Positions 12,069 through 24,710 are shown, numbered from the whole stretch's first letter. The stretch: DNA of 56,504 bases, filler included, from Ionaspis alba (GCA_964255285.1; 3 parts of 3 records of this genome joined end to end with filler, not necessarily neighbours in it), one strand, 5' to 3'. The notes: generated by a model from the sequence alone, not told the origin. Numbers and translations: made by a program.

Positions 12069-13044
12069 ATGCTGTTTCTTGTAGGTCTCGGTCTGGCAGA
12101 TGAGACCGATATTACAGTAAAAGGACTCAGGATTGTGAAGAAAGCGTCTCGAGTCTACCTCGAGGCTTATACGAGTATTCTACTTGTTGACAAGGAACGA
12201 CTTGTACGTTGCTGATGTGTCTGCTATTGCTTTTTTCTTTGTCTAACTTTGTGATCATAGTAGGAAGCTTACTATGGCCGCTCTGTCATTCTGGCGGATC
12301 GAGAGATGGTGGAATCTTCAAGTGATGATATTCTAGCTGGAGCTGATGAAGCTGATGTCGCTTTTCTTGTCGTCGGTGACCCGTTTGGGTATGTGTCGAC
12401 TTGATTGTCTTCAATTGTCGAACATACGATTGACTCAATGCAGAGCAACCACACATACAGATTTGGTTCTGCGGGCCAGGGAACTGAATATACCTGTGAG
12501 GAACATTCCCAATGCCTCCATCATGTCCGCCATTGGTAGCACAGGACTCCAGCTCTACAACTTTGGTCAGACAGTGAGCATGGTTTTCTTCACAGAAACC
12601 TGGAAGCCGTCATCATTCTATGATCGAATCAAAGAGAACCGTGACATTGGGCTCCACACTCTCCTACTCCTAGATATCAAAGTCAAAGAACAATCAATCG
12701 AGAATCTCGCTAGGGGAAGAAGGATCTTTGAACCGCCAAGATACATGACCGTCGCTCAATGCGCCAGTCAAATGCTCGAGACAGAAGCGGAGAGGTGCGA
12801 AGGTGTGTATGGAGCGGAAAGCCTGGCCGTTGGCGTTGCACGAATTGGTGCGGACAATCAAAGGATGGCTACCGGCACATTGCAGCAGCTCAGGGAAGTG
12901 GATATGGGGCCGCCGCTGCATAGTCTTGTTTTGCTGGGAAAGCGAACTCACGATTTGGAGCGGGATTTCATCAGAGAATTTGCTGTAGATCCTGGTGTTT
13001 TCGATGCGGTATGGAAAAGGGATTACGAAGGCAAACAGCATTAG
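12069..13044 (+). CDS. DPH5: Diphthine methyl ester synthase
   Basis: Exons 12069-12203, 12264-12388, 12444-13044. [63 protein letters not shown]. Confidence 0.96.
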
Positions 13045-13782
13045 GTTTCGAGGGTAGTTGGGCTCTTAAAAACAATCAAAGATGTTCAGTTCGCTCCATC
13101 ATGGACCTTGGGAATGAGTCGTGTTGCCATGACATGTCGAATGGATGGATGCAAGGAGGTTTTACCATTGACCGCCGTACATATACGACGGATAATCGAA
13201 TGAATGATAGCAGTGACAGCAGCCGGGCTACGGCTGGCCGCGGGCCAATAGCTGGAGCAGAAAAACCTGGGCCAGAAGTGTCTACCTTACATGATGCATT
13301 ATCGACTGCAGCTACCACGAGGCTGCAAACGGTTTAAAGAGCCACTAGGATCCGTTGATTCGATACCCACTTGCATAATTCCTTCCCAAGCGACCGTTGT
13401 AACTGCACCGATTTTTACCAGACTATCGATTATTGGCACGCCCACTTTGCCCTTGAACATGGGCAAGCGTCAGGATTATTCTTGCCCCCCCTGGAAGGCG
13501 AATCCACAAACCTTTTGCCAGGAAGTCGCGACGACGTGTAGTATTGCACAACTGGGGCCCGAGTGCACGACAAGCTGCTTGCTGGTCGAACTTAATTGAA
13601 AGGCCGATGCTGCTATTCTTCCTCCCCACGTTACAATCTCCCAAGTACAGTGCCGAGCACTGCATCTGCTATTGAAAAGGCTCTGCTTGCTACAATGCTC
13701 AGAATGATTCCTTGTTCCCCTTCATCCTACCATTGACCAACTCTCGAAGCTTTGCAGCTCTGTCCGAGGAAAAGCGTCCACC

Positions 13783-14345
13783 ATGCCCGTCTACGTCTTA
13801 CACGGCTTTCGCTGGCCTCGTCCAGCAATTCGCATCCACATCATCCTCAACAACCTCGACGATGCCGCTCCAGAGTACATCGTATCGCCGGAAACCTCGG
13901 CATCATTAGCACAAAACCTCCGCGACCTCTATCCAGACATTATGTCCGCCTTGCCGGACCTTCGTTTTGTGGAACAGTACGATCCCGAAGATACTAGCAA
14001 TGGCGCTCTTCAGCCTTTCGCTTATGTTGCAGACAAGGTCGAGCTCTGCCGACTCAGTGTTGATATTGGAGAAGTCATGGGAACAGGTGTGGATGCTGAG
14101 GGATGGGGGGCTCTGATAGAGCTACGAGACCAATTGGCTCCAGGGGAGAAGGTTGGCTGGTGGGTTGTCTATAATGGAGACGAGTTGAGATCGGATGGCA
14201 GTCAGAACACGAGTGAAGATACCAATAGAGACGTTTGTCCATGAGCAAGGACGCTAAGATCAAGGACTAAGATACTGATTTTGTTTAGGACCATGGATCG
14301 AAGAAGTCCCGAGGTAAGTTGAGGAAATTGCTCAGCAAAGGGTAG
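13783..14345 (+). CDS. FlbE-family (developmental regulator-like) protein
   Basis: N-terminus MPVYVLHGFRWPR...IRIHIILNNLDDA and LRFVEQYDPED...QPFAYVADKV, GWWVVYNGDE recall Aspergillus FlbE-type proteins. Probable intron 14233-14288 and a short basic last exon DHGSKKSRGKLRKLLSKG*. Confidence 0.7.
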
Positions 14346-17294
14346 TGAATTCAAGGGAAATGGTAAGAGCAACAATCTCCATCCAGCGTTCAAAAGCTCA
14401 ATGCCTCACAGGACTACATGATAGTCGGACGGATGGAATGCACATCCCTCCGCTCAAGGATTGTGTTGTTACAGGCGGTTCAGTATCTCTAACGTTACGA
14501 CATGGCATTATTGGGAGGGATTTGAAAAAATTTGGAAGCATATAGGGCTTCGATAATGACTTAATGTCTCGCAAGATGATACCGGTATCTGTACATATGG
14601 TATGCAAGCTCAACGGTCATGACGCTTAAGTTCTGTTCCAGCCTTTCTCTGTTCAAACTACCTCGCCCGATCTTCTTGCTATCATCCACTAATGGAGCGC
14701 TTCTTTCCTTCGACCGTTGAACCACGTTTTGACTTGGTCGGCTGTCCGTATTTCGGGTCTGGGTCAACCGCAGCCTACAGGACCGGGCCGCATGCGGTAT
14801 ACTTTCTATGGTTGTCGCGCTTATGCTTCCTCCAGCCACGCTAAAGCATTCCTCTCATGTTGCATTGCTCTAACTTTCGGCATTCAATCCATCCACTGCG
14901 GCTAAGAGAATCTTTTATTCGTTGGGTCAGGAGCGCGATGCAGCGACGTTTGTTCGTTCGTCTGTGCCCTAATTGAGTTTTATGCAACCTGCGCGGTGGT
15001 GGCGTGACCAGGTTTGCTTGACTCATGTCGGTACTGAGTTTGACGTCTCCGAGAGCTATCCAATCGATACATCAGCCATCTTTCTTTGATTTTGCGGAAT
15101 AAGACTGGCCCGACACGTGGCTCTCAGTGCTCTTGATTACATTATGATCGGAATGCCATTCCGTCGATAACGGTGAAATGCGGGTCCCGCAAAAGGAGCA
15201 CAGTCTTTAGGGCCTACGGCTGAGGTACCGACGAAGCAACGGTCTTGCTTCAGGTGTTTTCGACGCAATGACATCCAAGTACTTGATCAACCTAGATTTC
15301 GCTACTTTGGGCAAAAGCCGTTCGTGATTCGATCCTCTCTAGGAGCACGCATTGTGATCCAATAAATCCTGCTTCCGCAACCACGTTCAAAGAAATTCTC
15401 GAGACTTTGGGCTCCCACCGTCTACGCATAACCGAGCGTTATTAGGTATCGCGGATTCGGCAGTCAACACTTTGGAAGTCCGACCTCGGATACCTCTGTA
15501 ATCAAAGCGCTGGCAGGTTTGTGTAATCTACCCTCAAAGCTTTAACGAATGCGGTGAACCTTGTAAAATTCAAAATCCTGGCCGAAAATAATAATGCAAT
15601 TCATCCCACGTTTCGTTCTGAGTCGAACTTCTTGTCATGGTCCCTGCAGCATAATACGCCACGGATGTCTTGATTCTACACGAGAAACATTGCTTAGTGG
15701 TTGTCGTAGACAGCGATGGACCCGGATACATTGTCTACCGGAAACCTCGCAGTGTCTATCATTTCCATGCAACAACCTCGGACATCCTCCAGCCAGAGCA
15801 ATAAACAAGTCCCTTATTTATATTGTTCCCGCCACCTAGGGTTTTTCCTTTCACGTGCGGTGTCCTCCATACGCCACGGAGAACTAGGAGCTCAAGCAAC
15901 CGTTCCACCACACACATGCAGAGCATCCCCTGTACTGTGCCAAACATTACTACAACGGTTTGTTGTGTTACGTAAATGAAACCAATAATTGTTTGGTTCA
16001 CCCAGAAGGATCCCAAGGATCTTGGCTATTACGAGGAACACTCAGCAACAACGCGTCGTGGTCCTTGAGGCTCCCTTTCAGCTCTCACAGAACCATGTCA
16101 CGACCCAGGTATGCTGTGCACAACGCTCAATTTGAGACCTGCTTGGTCTGCAGGCTACAATAATTGGGACCATTGATGGCGCCTTGCCAAGTGAACCGGT
16201 CGATCGCCTTCGGAGGTTCCTTGGAGTCTTACTTGTACTAGAATCTGGAATCGGGGGAGATAAAGCAATAGCGGAGATTGCCACTCGAGGCGAATGATCT
16301 GCTTTGGGCCAGATTACCCCAGATTGCGGCTGGGAACTCCTCAAGCCACGAAAGGAAGTAATTATCCAACGAGAATTATCGCGATCAATGCGCAAGATCA
16401 GCAATAAGCCTTAGTCAGACGTTTTCAATTTCGCGTGTTCCTTCAGAACATGAATAGAAACACTTTCGAATATTCTGTCGGAGCAAAAAAAAAATGGATA
16501 GTGAAAAAGGTCGTCGCCGCATAAAAAGGGGCAGTGCGGGATCTGCAGTCGCACCAATCGATGAGTTGCTTGTGGAAGGGCGGCGGTTGAAAGGGGTTGC
16601 GTATCACTGGGGGCTCACCGGGCAAATCAGGTACCAGCGAGACAAGATTGGCTAGCCGAGGTTCACCAATCCCGCCCTGAAACCCTGCTAAATCACATCC
16701 GCTTACGGGTGCTCGCAGCAACAGTAATGCACTCACAAGACTGGAGGGGAGAGCAGGTTGGAGAAGGCATTGCTTTATCGTGATTCAAGTAAGAATAGAT
16801 GAAGAACGTGCTCATCAATACGAATACAAGAAGGCGAAGTCGATTTGTTTTTGCTTTACTCTGTACAATTTTCAATGCTCTAAAGAAACGGGGCTGACAG
16901 GCTGAAAATCACGAAACTGTTCTTGGTGGCGTTTATCCACACACTTCTCGACAACAGCACTAAGCCAATCGAGCATCCCAGCCGACAGCACTCATAGGGC
17001 ACAGACACGACGTTCCGGCCTCCACATCCAATTTTAGCCCCCAGCAACCTTTTCACCCCCCCAACCGGCCAATGCCCCTGTAGCTAGCAGCACCTTCTTA
17101 TAATATGGAGCCCCAACTTTCCGCTTCTCTTTCTCTCCCCAGCTTACCACATAAACCCGTTGCTCCCTACCATCTGTACATTTCCATCCCATTTCCCTCG
17201 CTTTTCATCGCATCTCTTACCAAAAACCCATTTCAGTCGCTACTTGCAAAAACCTTCACTCGTTAAAAGGTTCAGAAAAAAACTACAATTCAAG

Positions 17295-18004
17295 ATGCAA
17301 TACTCCAAGCTCGCCTTCCTCGCAGCCATGGCGGCTCCTCTAGCCATCGCTCAGGATCTCAGCGCTCTCCCATCCTGCGCTGTAAGTCATTCTGCATCCT
17401 CAATCCCACTCCTCCCGCATCCTCCTCCCTCCATCCCACGAACCACCCCACTAAAACCCCCGAACAGCAAGGACCCGCCATCGCCGCCCTCGGCTCGACC
17501 GGCTGCGCCCTCACAGACATCACCTGCGTGTGCAAAAACACCGGTTTCATCACCGGTCTCACCCCCGCCATCCAAAAAGCCTGTTCCCCGGCCGACTTCG
17601 CCAAAGCGACCCAATTCGCCATCACGCTCTGCGCCTCCGTCGGCGTCACCCTCACTCCCCCCGGTGGAGCCACCTCCACCCCCGCGGCTGCTGTGACCAG
17701 CACCAGCACGGTGGCTGTCACGACCACGACGGCTGTTGTGGAAACTACCACTGCGGTTGTGCAGACGACGACGCCGTCCGCGACGGAGACGAGCACGGCC
17801 GCTGCGGTGACGGTTATTTCGGATGGCCAGCCTCAGGCTCCGGTTAGCACTGCGAGCGCGGCGCCTGTGCCGTCGACTAATGCTACTGTTACGTCGGCTC
17901 CGGCCACGCCTAGCCCGTTCAAGGGTGCGGCGGCTTCTTTCGGTGCCCAGATGGTTAGTGTGGTGGTGGCTGTCGGTGCTGTTGGGTTTGCCTTTGCTTT
18001 GTAA
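17295..18004 (+). CDS. GPI-anchored CFEM-domain cell-wall protein
   Basis: Exons 17295-17381, 17468-18004. Signal peptide MQYSKLAFLAAMAAPLAIA; CFEM-like LPSCA...GCALTDITCVCKN...KAC...TLCASVG; Thr-rich stalk; Pir-like ISDGQPQA; GPI-type hydrophobic end. Confidence 0.9.
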
Positions 18005-18441
18005 GGAAGCCAAGGGGTTGGTGGGAGTGGAGATGTCGGGGGGAAAGTGTGGGTTTGTACAGTAGCTTTTGTTGCTGTCTACTGGAGAGTTCGTGGTGTC
18101 GGTATGGAGACTGTTAATGGATGAGGGGAGTGGTGGGGAATAGCTTTAGTATGAAAATATTTCAAGCTTATCCGGATTGTCTCGTTATTTGATGCTGCTG
18201 ATCTTGTTAAATGTGATTGTGATGATAGATGATGGAGGATGTCTCTGTCATTATATGCTTTGGCTTCGCACAGTCGCCAGTTTCTTGAGTAGCTTTTCCA
18301 CAAGAATGGTATTCGAGCTCATCGAGTATTTCACTACACTCAACGATAGCAGTGCGAACATTTTGCATCACCATCATTCATCTCCCTCATCTCACGTCCA
18401 TGAGCTCCATACTGAAGATTCATTTGGCTGACAAACTGGAT

Positions 18442-18815
18442 TTACTCGTCCAACATAATCTTCAACGCGTCCACCACTGTGCGTGTCGGAGGTGCCAGTT
18501 CCCTTATTTGGGGACCAGTCGGCATTCCAACGAGTGAACATTTGCCCTTCATAGTGGTTCGCACCTTGCTAGTATTGCCGACAAGATTTTTCCCGGATAT
18601 ACACCTGCCTTAACCACATCGTCGAGCCAGCTCATGATCTGGAACTCCGCCTTCTTGGACTTTGATACCGGTATATTGCTCGAGCATCGTGACAACACCG
18701 TTCCTCGTAATATCTTTGGGACCGCTGAGGACGTACCTGGCGTGATTGTGCGCTGTTGCATCTCCGAGAGCCAAGAGATGGAGGTAAAAGATGGAACTGA
18801 AAGTATGCATGCTTT
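18442..18815 (-). pseudogene. 3' remnant of an NmrA-like NAD(P)-binding protein gene, frameshifted
   Basis: Three frames in series give HNHARYVLSGPKDITRNGVVTMLEQYTGIKVQE / IMSWLDDVVKAGVYPGKILSAILARCEPL / KGKCSLVGMPTGPQIRELAPPTRTVVDALKIMLDE*. This resembles the C-terminus of fungal NmrA-like proteins; the 5' part is cut by the contig end. Confidence 0.55.
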
Positions 18816-18915
18816 NNNNNNNNNNNNNNNNNNNNNNNNNNNNNNNNNNNNNNNNNNNNTTAATTAATTAANNNNNNNNNNNNNNNNNNNNNNNNNNNNN
18901 NNNNNNNNNNNNNNN
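18816..18915. other. Artificial contig linker (N44-TTAATTAATTAA-N44)
   Basis: TTAATTAATTAA at 18860-18871 gives stops in all six frames and sits centred in a 100-nt N block. Confidence 0.95.
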
Positions 18916-19734
18916 GGGGACCTTCTTATCACAGTGGAACATGAGATGTGAACAACGATTATACTAGATAGGGATATCTGCATGTAATAGTGCTAAGCAA
19001 TCTCTAGGCTTCTACGGCCTTCGTGTCTTCATATCTCGTCGTTCAACAGTCCAGCAGGAGGTGAGTTTGACTACGTACAAATTAAAGACGAGTTTATGTG
19101 ACGGTTGGTGTAGCATTATTATATGGCGGGTTGGTTTCGAGTGGACCAAGCTAGGGTTGTAGTGCTACGATCCACCAAGGCCGAGGATAGATTATCATAT
19201 CACCGGCCAGAGCTTGGCGCCGCGCGAGGAGGGAATAGGATAGTCTTACGCGGGATACGGGGTGCTCTAATTAATCCTAATTCTCAATTTCTCCCATGCC
19301 TCAGTGGTCAACATTATTACATTTCGAGCTCCTTGCCCAAGGCTTCCTTGGACTCAGTACTTGGTACCCGTTATTCTCTTGCTCATTTGCGGGCGACGAT
19401 CTTCGCAGCTTTTGCATATCGCCGACGCTATAGGGCTATCGCTGTCTCACTCTACCTCACACTTTCTATGAGCCTAGTTCTTTCCTTCGCTGGTAGAGAC
19501 CTCATCGTCCCCTCAGAGCTCATGTAACCTAGCAAGCTGGCGTCGCACTCAGCCACTTTGCAGAACACCCAAGACACGCAGCGCAGACGTCGCTCTTCAA
19601 GCGTCAAGTCGTCGCCGAGTTCAATTTTACAAACGTCTGCCACAACCAATAGCATTGGGGCCGCGTCCGGGCTTACGGCGCGCGTTCTTGCGCAGTCATT
19701 GCCTACAATACCCGGAACACCTGCCAACGACGAC

Positions 19735-21265
19735 ATGTCTCTGTCTCGATCCCCATCACCCAGGGCCGGTGGAGGATGGGCTAGTCCAGGCTTGACGAGT
19801 CCGTTCGATACCATCAGTGGCCGCTCCTCTCCGCGCAAGGGATACTCTGACGTATACACGAATGGAGGACCAGGATCGAACGGGGTTACATGGTCCTCTG
19901 CGAAGGCCAGAAGTGAAGAGATCAAGGGATATCCATCGTTTTCAACCAGAAACAATGGCTTCTTCTCGAGACATGCGCGACAGATCTCCCATAGCCTACC
20001 TAAGTTCAACATCAGTAGAGGGAAAGATTACGCAGAGAAAGAGAAGCTTGGCAGAGGCCGGTGGTACCCGCAGGGTGGAAATAGCCTCGGACGATTGAGG
20101 ACATTCCTCGGGTCTGCTTCAAGACGGATGATGTTACCAATATTGCTGATTTTGGGGTTTCTACTAACGATAATCCTCTTCTACGCTACACGTAGGTCCC
20201 CTGCATGCTTTACATCCTCAAAATCATCGTGCTGACTCTGATTAGCTATTCACCGTCTTTATCGAAGAACCTCTTTCCTTGGTGGTGGAAGCAAGTTTGT
20301 CGTTGTCCTCGCAGCGAATCAGGGCGGTGGAGTTATGGAGTGGAAGGGCCCACGAGAGTGGGCTATCGAGAGAGATAGCGTGAAGAATAAGAAACGATAC
20401 GTGAAGAAATGGGGTTATGATCTGGAGATCGTCGACATGAGCACGAAGAAACGATACGCGCACGAGTGGAGGGAGAGCTGGGAGAAGGTGGACACTATGA
20501 GGAATTGCATGCGGAAATACCCCAAAGCTGAATGGTGCTGTGCCTGTGTCCAGTTGTCGATATTACGTCTGACTGACGTCCAAATCTAGGTTTTGGTGGC
20601 TTGATCTGAACACCTTTATAATGGAGCCTTCCTACTCCCTCCAATCGCATATCTTCAATCACCTTGCGAAAAACACCTACCGCGACATCAACATCTACAA
20701 TCCCCTTAACATTACCCACCCCCTCAAAGACCAACACCTAGATTCCGTCTGCCGTTCACGAGAAGGCGACGGTGATCCGAGGTCAATTGACCTCATCGTC
20801 CCTCAGGACTGCAGTGGATTCAATCTTGGCTCTTTCTTCTTGAGACGATCCGAATGGACAGATCGTTTGTTGGACATTTGGTGGGATCCGGTCGCCTATG
20901 AACAGAAACACATGGAGTGGGAACACAAAGAACAAGATGCTTTGGAGCATCTCTACACCAACCAACCATGGGTAAGACCCCACACCGCATTCATTCCCCA
21001 AAGGAAGATCAACAGCTTTCCTACCGGTGCTTGCAGCGAAAATGGCGAGGATCCTCGCATCCACTATAAAGAGCTCGATCGAGATTTCGTTGTAAACATG
21101 GCTGGCTGTGAATGGGGTCGAGACTGCTGGGGTGAGATGTATAATTTCCGCGAGTTGAGCAACAAGCTCAATAGAACGCCATGGGAGAAGTTCAAGGATG
21201 GGCTGAGCGCTCAGGTGAAAAGGCTGACCGAGAAAAAGAAGGCGGAGGAGGAGAAGAAGTCGTAA
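19735..21265 (+). CDS. MNN10: Golgi alpha-1,6-mannosyltransferase subunit (GT34)
   Basis: Exons 19735-20191, 20246-20534, 20590-21265. Type II TM segment; LAANQGGGVMEWKG, RYAHEWRESWEKVD, WFWWLD, QDCSGFNLGSF, WEHKEQDALE, NMAGCEWGRDCW. Confidence 0.92.
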
Positions 21266-22078
21266 CAGTAATACCAGGCTCGTCTGTCTCTCTCACCGGG
21301 CCATCTTCTTATACCCCAAGCTCCGAGGATATCGTCATCGCCGCTTCGTATTAGTCTTGCATTTGAATTGGAGTGAGGGCATCAGAAGTGATCCTCAGGT
21401 CACTCGGGCATCATGCAAGGCGTTTTACGGTGTGGACTACCTAGACCGGACAGGCGTTGTCCCAACGGGATACAGCAGCATTGGTTGACATTTCATTACA
21501 GCTTGAAGAGGATTACGGATGTGTAAAATATTATAAAGGCAATGATATCTCGACCGGTCTAGGTCGACTTGGGCCAGTGTTAGTGGCCTCCCTGCCTGGT
21601 GCTCTTTAATTAGTCTCGGACCAGATGAATTGTTTCCAATATTTTGACATCGAGGGACATCACGTCGATTGCCCATATCATGATCTCCCGGCCTGGAAAG
21701 CAGCTCGATGGCCGAGCTCTGTCGATGTTAGATATATTCGAGTATATAAAAAAGACCTCCCGGTATTGTCCAGCTCATGATTTATGGATGAGGAGGGCTT
21801 GATTGACTTGAATCCTTCAATCCTCGCCCTCGAATAAAGTGAAGAAAGGGGACTCTGATATGCAAACATGCTCATTGCTCAAGTGCGCCAAGAACGCCAA
21901 AACACCCAGTACACCTCCGCCTTGGGGTCGAGAACCTTAGATTCATTGAAGTTAACCAATCCGCCTCGATCATAAAGTCCCTTAGGATAGTCGTAGCGGC
22001 AGCCACCAGAACCAAGAATGCCGAAAGTAATAGTCGTAATGTGACGAACGATCATCATCCACAACATCATCGCCTCCA

Positions 22079-23537
22079 TTAGGCTCTGACCACACTGCCA
22101 TTGCCCCACCGCAGCCGCTTCAGTCCAGCATTTCCACCAACGTAGCCCTTCCCAACCTCCTTTGCGCAGGTAATCCCACTGCCAGATGAACCTCCCACAG
22201 CTTCCATACGACCCACCTCTTTTCCGTATGCAAAGCCGGCCGAGAAGCTGATGGCGCTGAAAAGTACCACCACTCCGGCGCTGACAAGCCAGGTCATGAG
22301 TGTAGGACTAATAAGAATCTCCTCGACAGCGTTACCATTACTACTTCGCCGCTTTTTCTTTGTGTCTCGGCGGTCTCGAGATACGGACTTCCGCTTCCCT
22401 TTGCCTTGCCCGGAGCTTGGGGAGATGGAGGAAGTGAAAGAGGCACGGCGTGGCATGGGAGATGCATTCCGGGAGGATTCTGTGGCTCGGAGAGTTGACT
22501 CCGACACCATTCGAATGGAAGAAGGCTCGATGCGATTCGGATTCGACGGGCCTGCAGTGTGTACACGACCCGACGCTTCGCGCTTGGGTAGACCACGGGC
22601 TGCAGCGGCACAAGAAAGGAGTGTTGAGAGAGATGCACGAAGAGCAGCATCATGATCCGCAGTATAGGAGGGCGAGATCATGTTGTACGGAGTGTGGCTT
22701 CTACGGGGTTGGTGATGTGTAGGGTACGAATGACGCTGCCGTTGGGTGCTCGAGGCCGAGGCGGTAGAACGATTCGGGAACAGATCTGTTGCAGATGACT
22801 GTCTTTGCGTAGGGAAGTAAGACTCTGGCCGAGAGGTGGTATTTCCAGCTCTTGATGCCGGAGGGTGCGAAAAAGCATTTGGCTGTGGTGTAAAGACAGG
22901 CTCAACGGTGTTGATGCCTAGGGCTGTAGAATTTTCATCATCGTCAGACGTAGATTGTGCATCTGATGAGGTAGCTGGAGGGCTTTCTTCCTGTGCAAAC
23001 TGAGGATGGACGTCCTCATTCGAGCTGCTAAGTAGGCGGTCTGACTCGCTTTCGCTTTCTTCATACTCTTCTTGGCTGCTGCCCGCAGCACTTAAAGGCC
23101 GTGTCTGATTTTCTCCATTAGGTTGCACATTGCCTGACCGATGAAGTCTTCGTCTCCGTCTGTTGTTGAGCGTGTTTTGCAGCCTCAACCCAGGCTGAAC
23201 GATTTCTTCGGCGTTGATAGAAGATAGAGAGGACGAAGAGGGTTGCGAACAGACCTCAATCCAAGACTCTGTATAGTAATCAAATGAGTATATATTTTCC
23301 ATGATGACGAGCAGGGTTTTGATGCGCCTCTGATGCAACTTTGAAGTCGAAAGTGGGGAAAAGGCAGGATCGGCGAGATCGAAGTCGAAGTACAGGACTT
23401 GACATACCTTCTGACCTTGACCGTCTGACACCAGAGACTGACCGAATGATTCCTGGAGGGTGTTGCGGTTGCTGTAAGGTGCGATGAGTATTATTCTCTC
23501 GACCGTGTGGGTAATGATCCCGACTTGTAGGCTGCAT
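22079..23537 (-). CDS. Uncharacterised Ser-rich, C-terminally membrane-anchored protein (~439 aa)
   Basis: Exons 23537-23408 and 23268-22079 (GTATGT donor, TATACAG acceptor, in frame). Mostly low complexity; one hydrophobic segment LMTWLVSAGVVVLFSAISFSAGFAYG near the C-terminus. Confidence 0.8.
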
Positions 23538-24710
23538 CGTCGGTGGCGGATCCTTCAGGAGGCAGATATTTTGGAAAGTATCAATACCGCGATGCCTGCT
23601 TCCTGATTCTGATATTGAACGTGTTGGTCTCTGGGTGTTCGGTGTCTGCCAATCCAGGCGGGATCGAGATCACACCTTCTATATCTGCTATGGGTGGAGC
23701 GTACTAAGAGGATCCAGCAGTCGCTTCTCAGGCTTCTTAGAGTCTGGTGGTCAATGATAGATCTTATGGAAGCATAGTTGTACAGCAGTCAGCTGCCAGC
23801 CTTATGTCAGGGTTAGATAGTGAGTAGGAGGACCAAGTAAGATGGGAGCGCAACGGCCAGACTGCTTTGGGCGATGAGGTTGGCACAAGATTCACGATAA
23901 GCTAGAGTAGCTTAAAGAGCCGGCTCTGCTATCGATCGCGCAACAGGAAACTTCGAGGGTATGAAACGCAAGACGATAATTGGAGCCTTAATCAGAGTCA
24001 GTCCGACGTGAAGCTGTAACGAGAGTAAGGCTGGCGGTCGAGAATATCGGTAATGGTGGATTGCCAACTTGGTAGGACGCTGTGGGTGACAGACAGTCTC
24101 CCTCCCGTGCGTACGTGTAGTCTTGCAGGGAAGTCGACCACATGCGCCGGGCGCGGGAGAATCCTCGTCACCTGCCACCAGTCACAACCCCTGTGATCGA
24201 TCCCTCAAGGGAAAGTAGAACTAGAGTATATCTTCGAAGAAACTAGCAAGAGTAGCGAGACTCTCAAGGGTTAGTACCTACAATTCGTAAGTCGTGCTGG
24301 CTGGGACTTGGTGGTTCGTTATGGAGATTTCTCTCGTGTTCAGCGCCGAAGGCTGCGACGTGTTGAATCGATTTGATCAAGTACGCGGTTTGTATAGTTG
24401 CTACGTGCAGCGATGGGAAATAGGAATTGATCCAAAAGATCCATTGATTGCAACAGCCTATCCTTAAAGCCAGACCTGTCTCTATGAGAACACTAAACCG
24501 AAGCGCAATCTATTTGCAAACAGTTCGTAAATAAAGGCGAGGGGAAGCAAAAACTTTTGAGGTCCTCCACTTGCAGTCAACTAAAGCGAAGAGTAAACAC
24601 CAGGATCCCGGTTGGAGGAAGGATGACAAGGTGCTTCAGGGCGGACAGCCCTTCAGGATTACTGACAACTTACCTCCGCTGGATCGCCCTAAAACTTTGT
24701 GGCCGGTAGC

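Noticed and set aside
18816..18915. Palindromic TTAATTAATTAA inside Ns (also 37684-37783)
   Set aside because: Synthetic six-frame-stop spacer from contig concatenation. Gene adjacency across it is not evidence of linkage.
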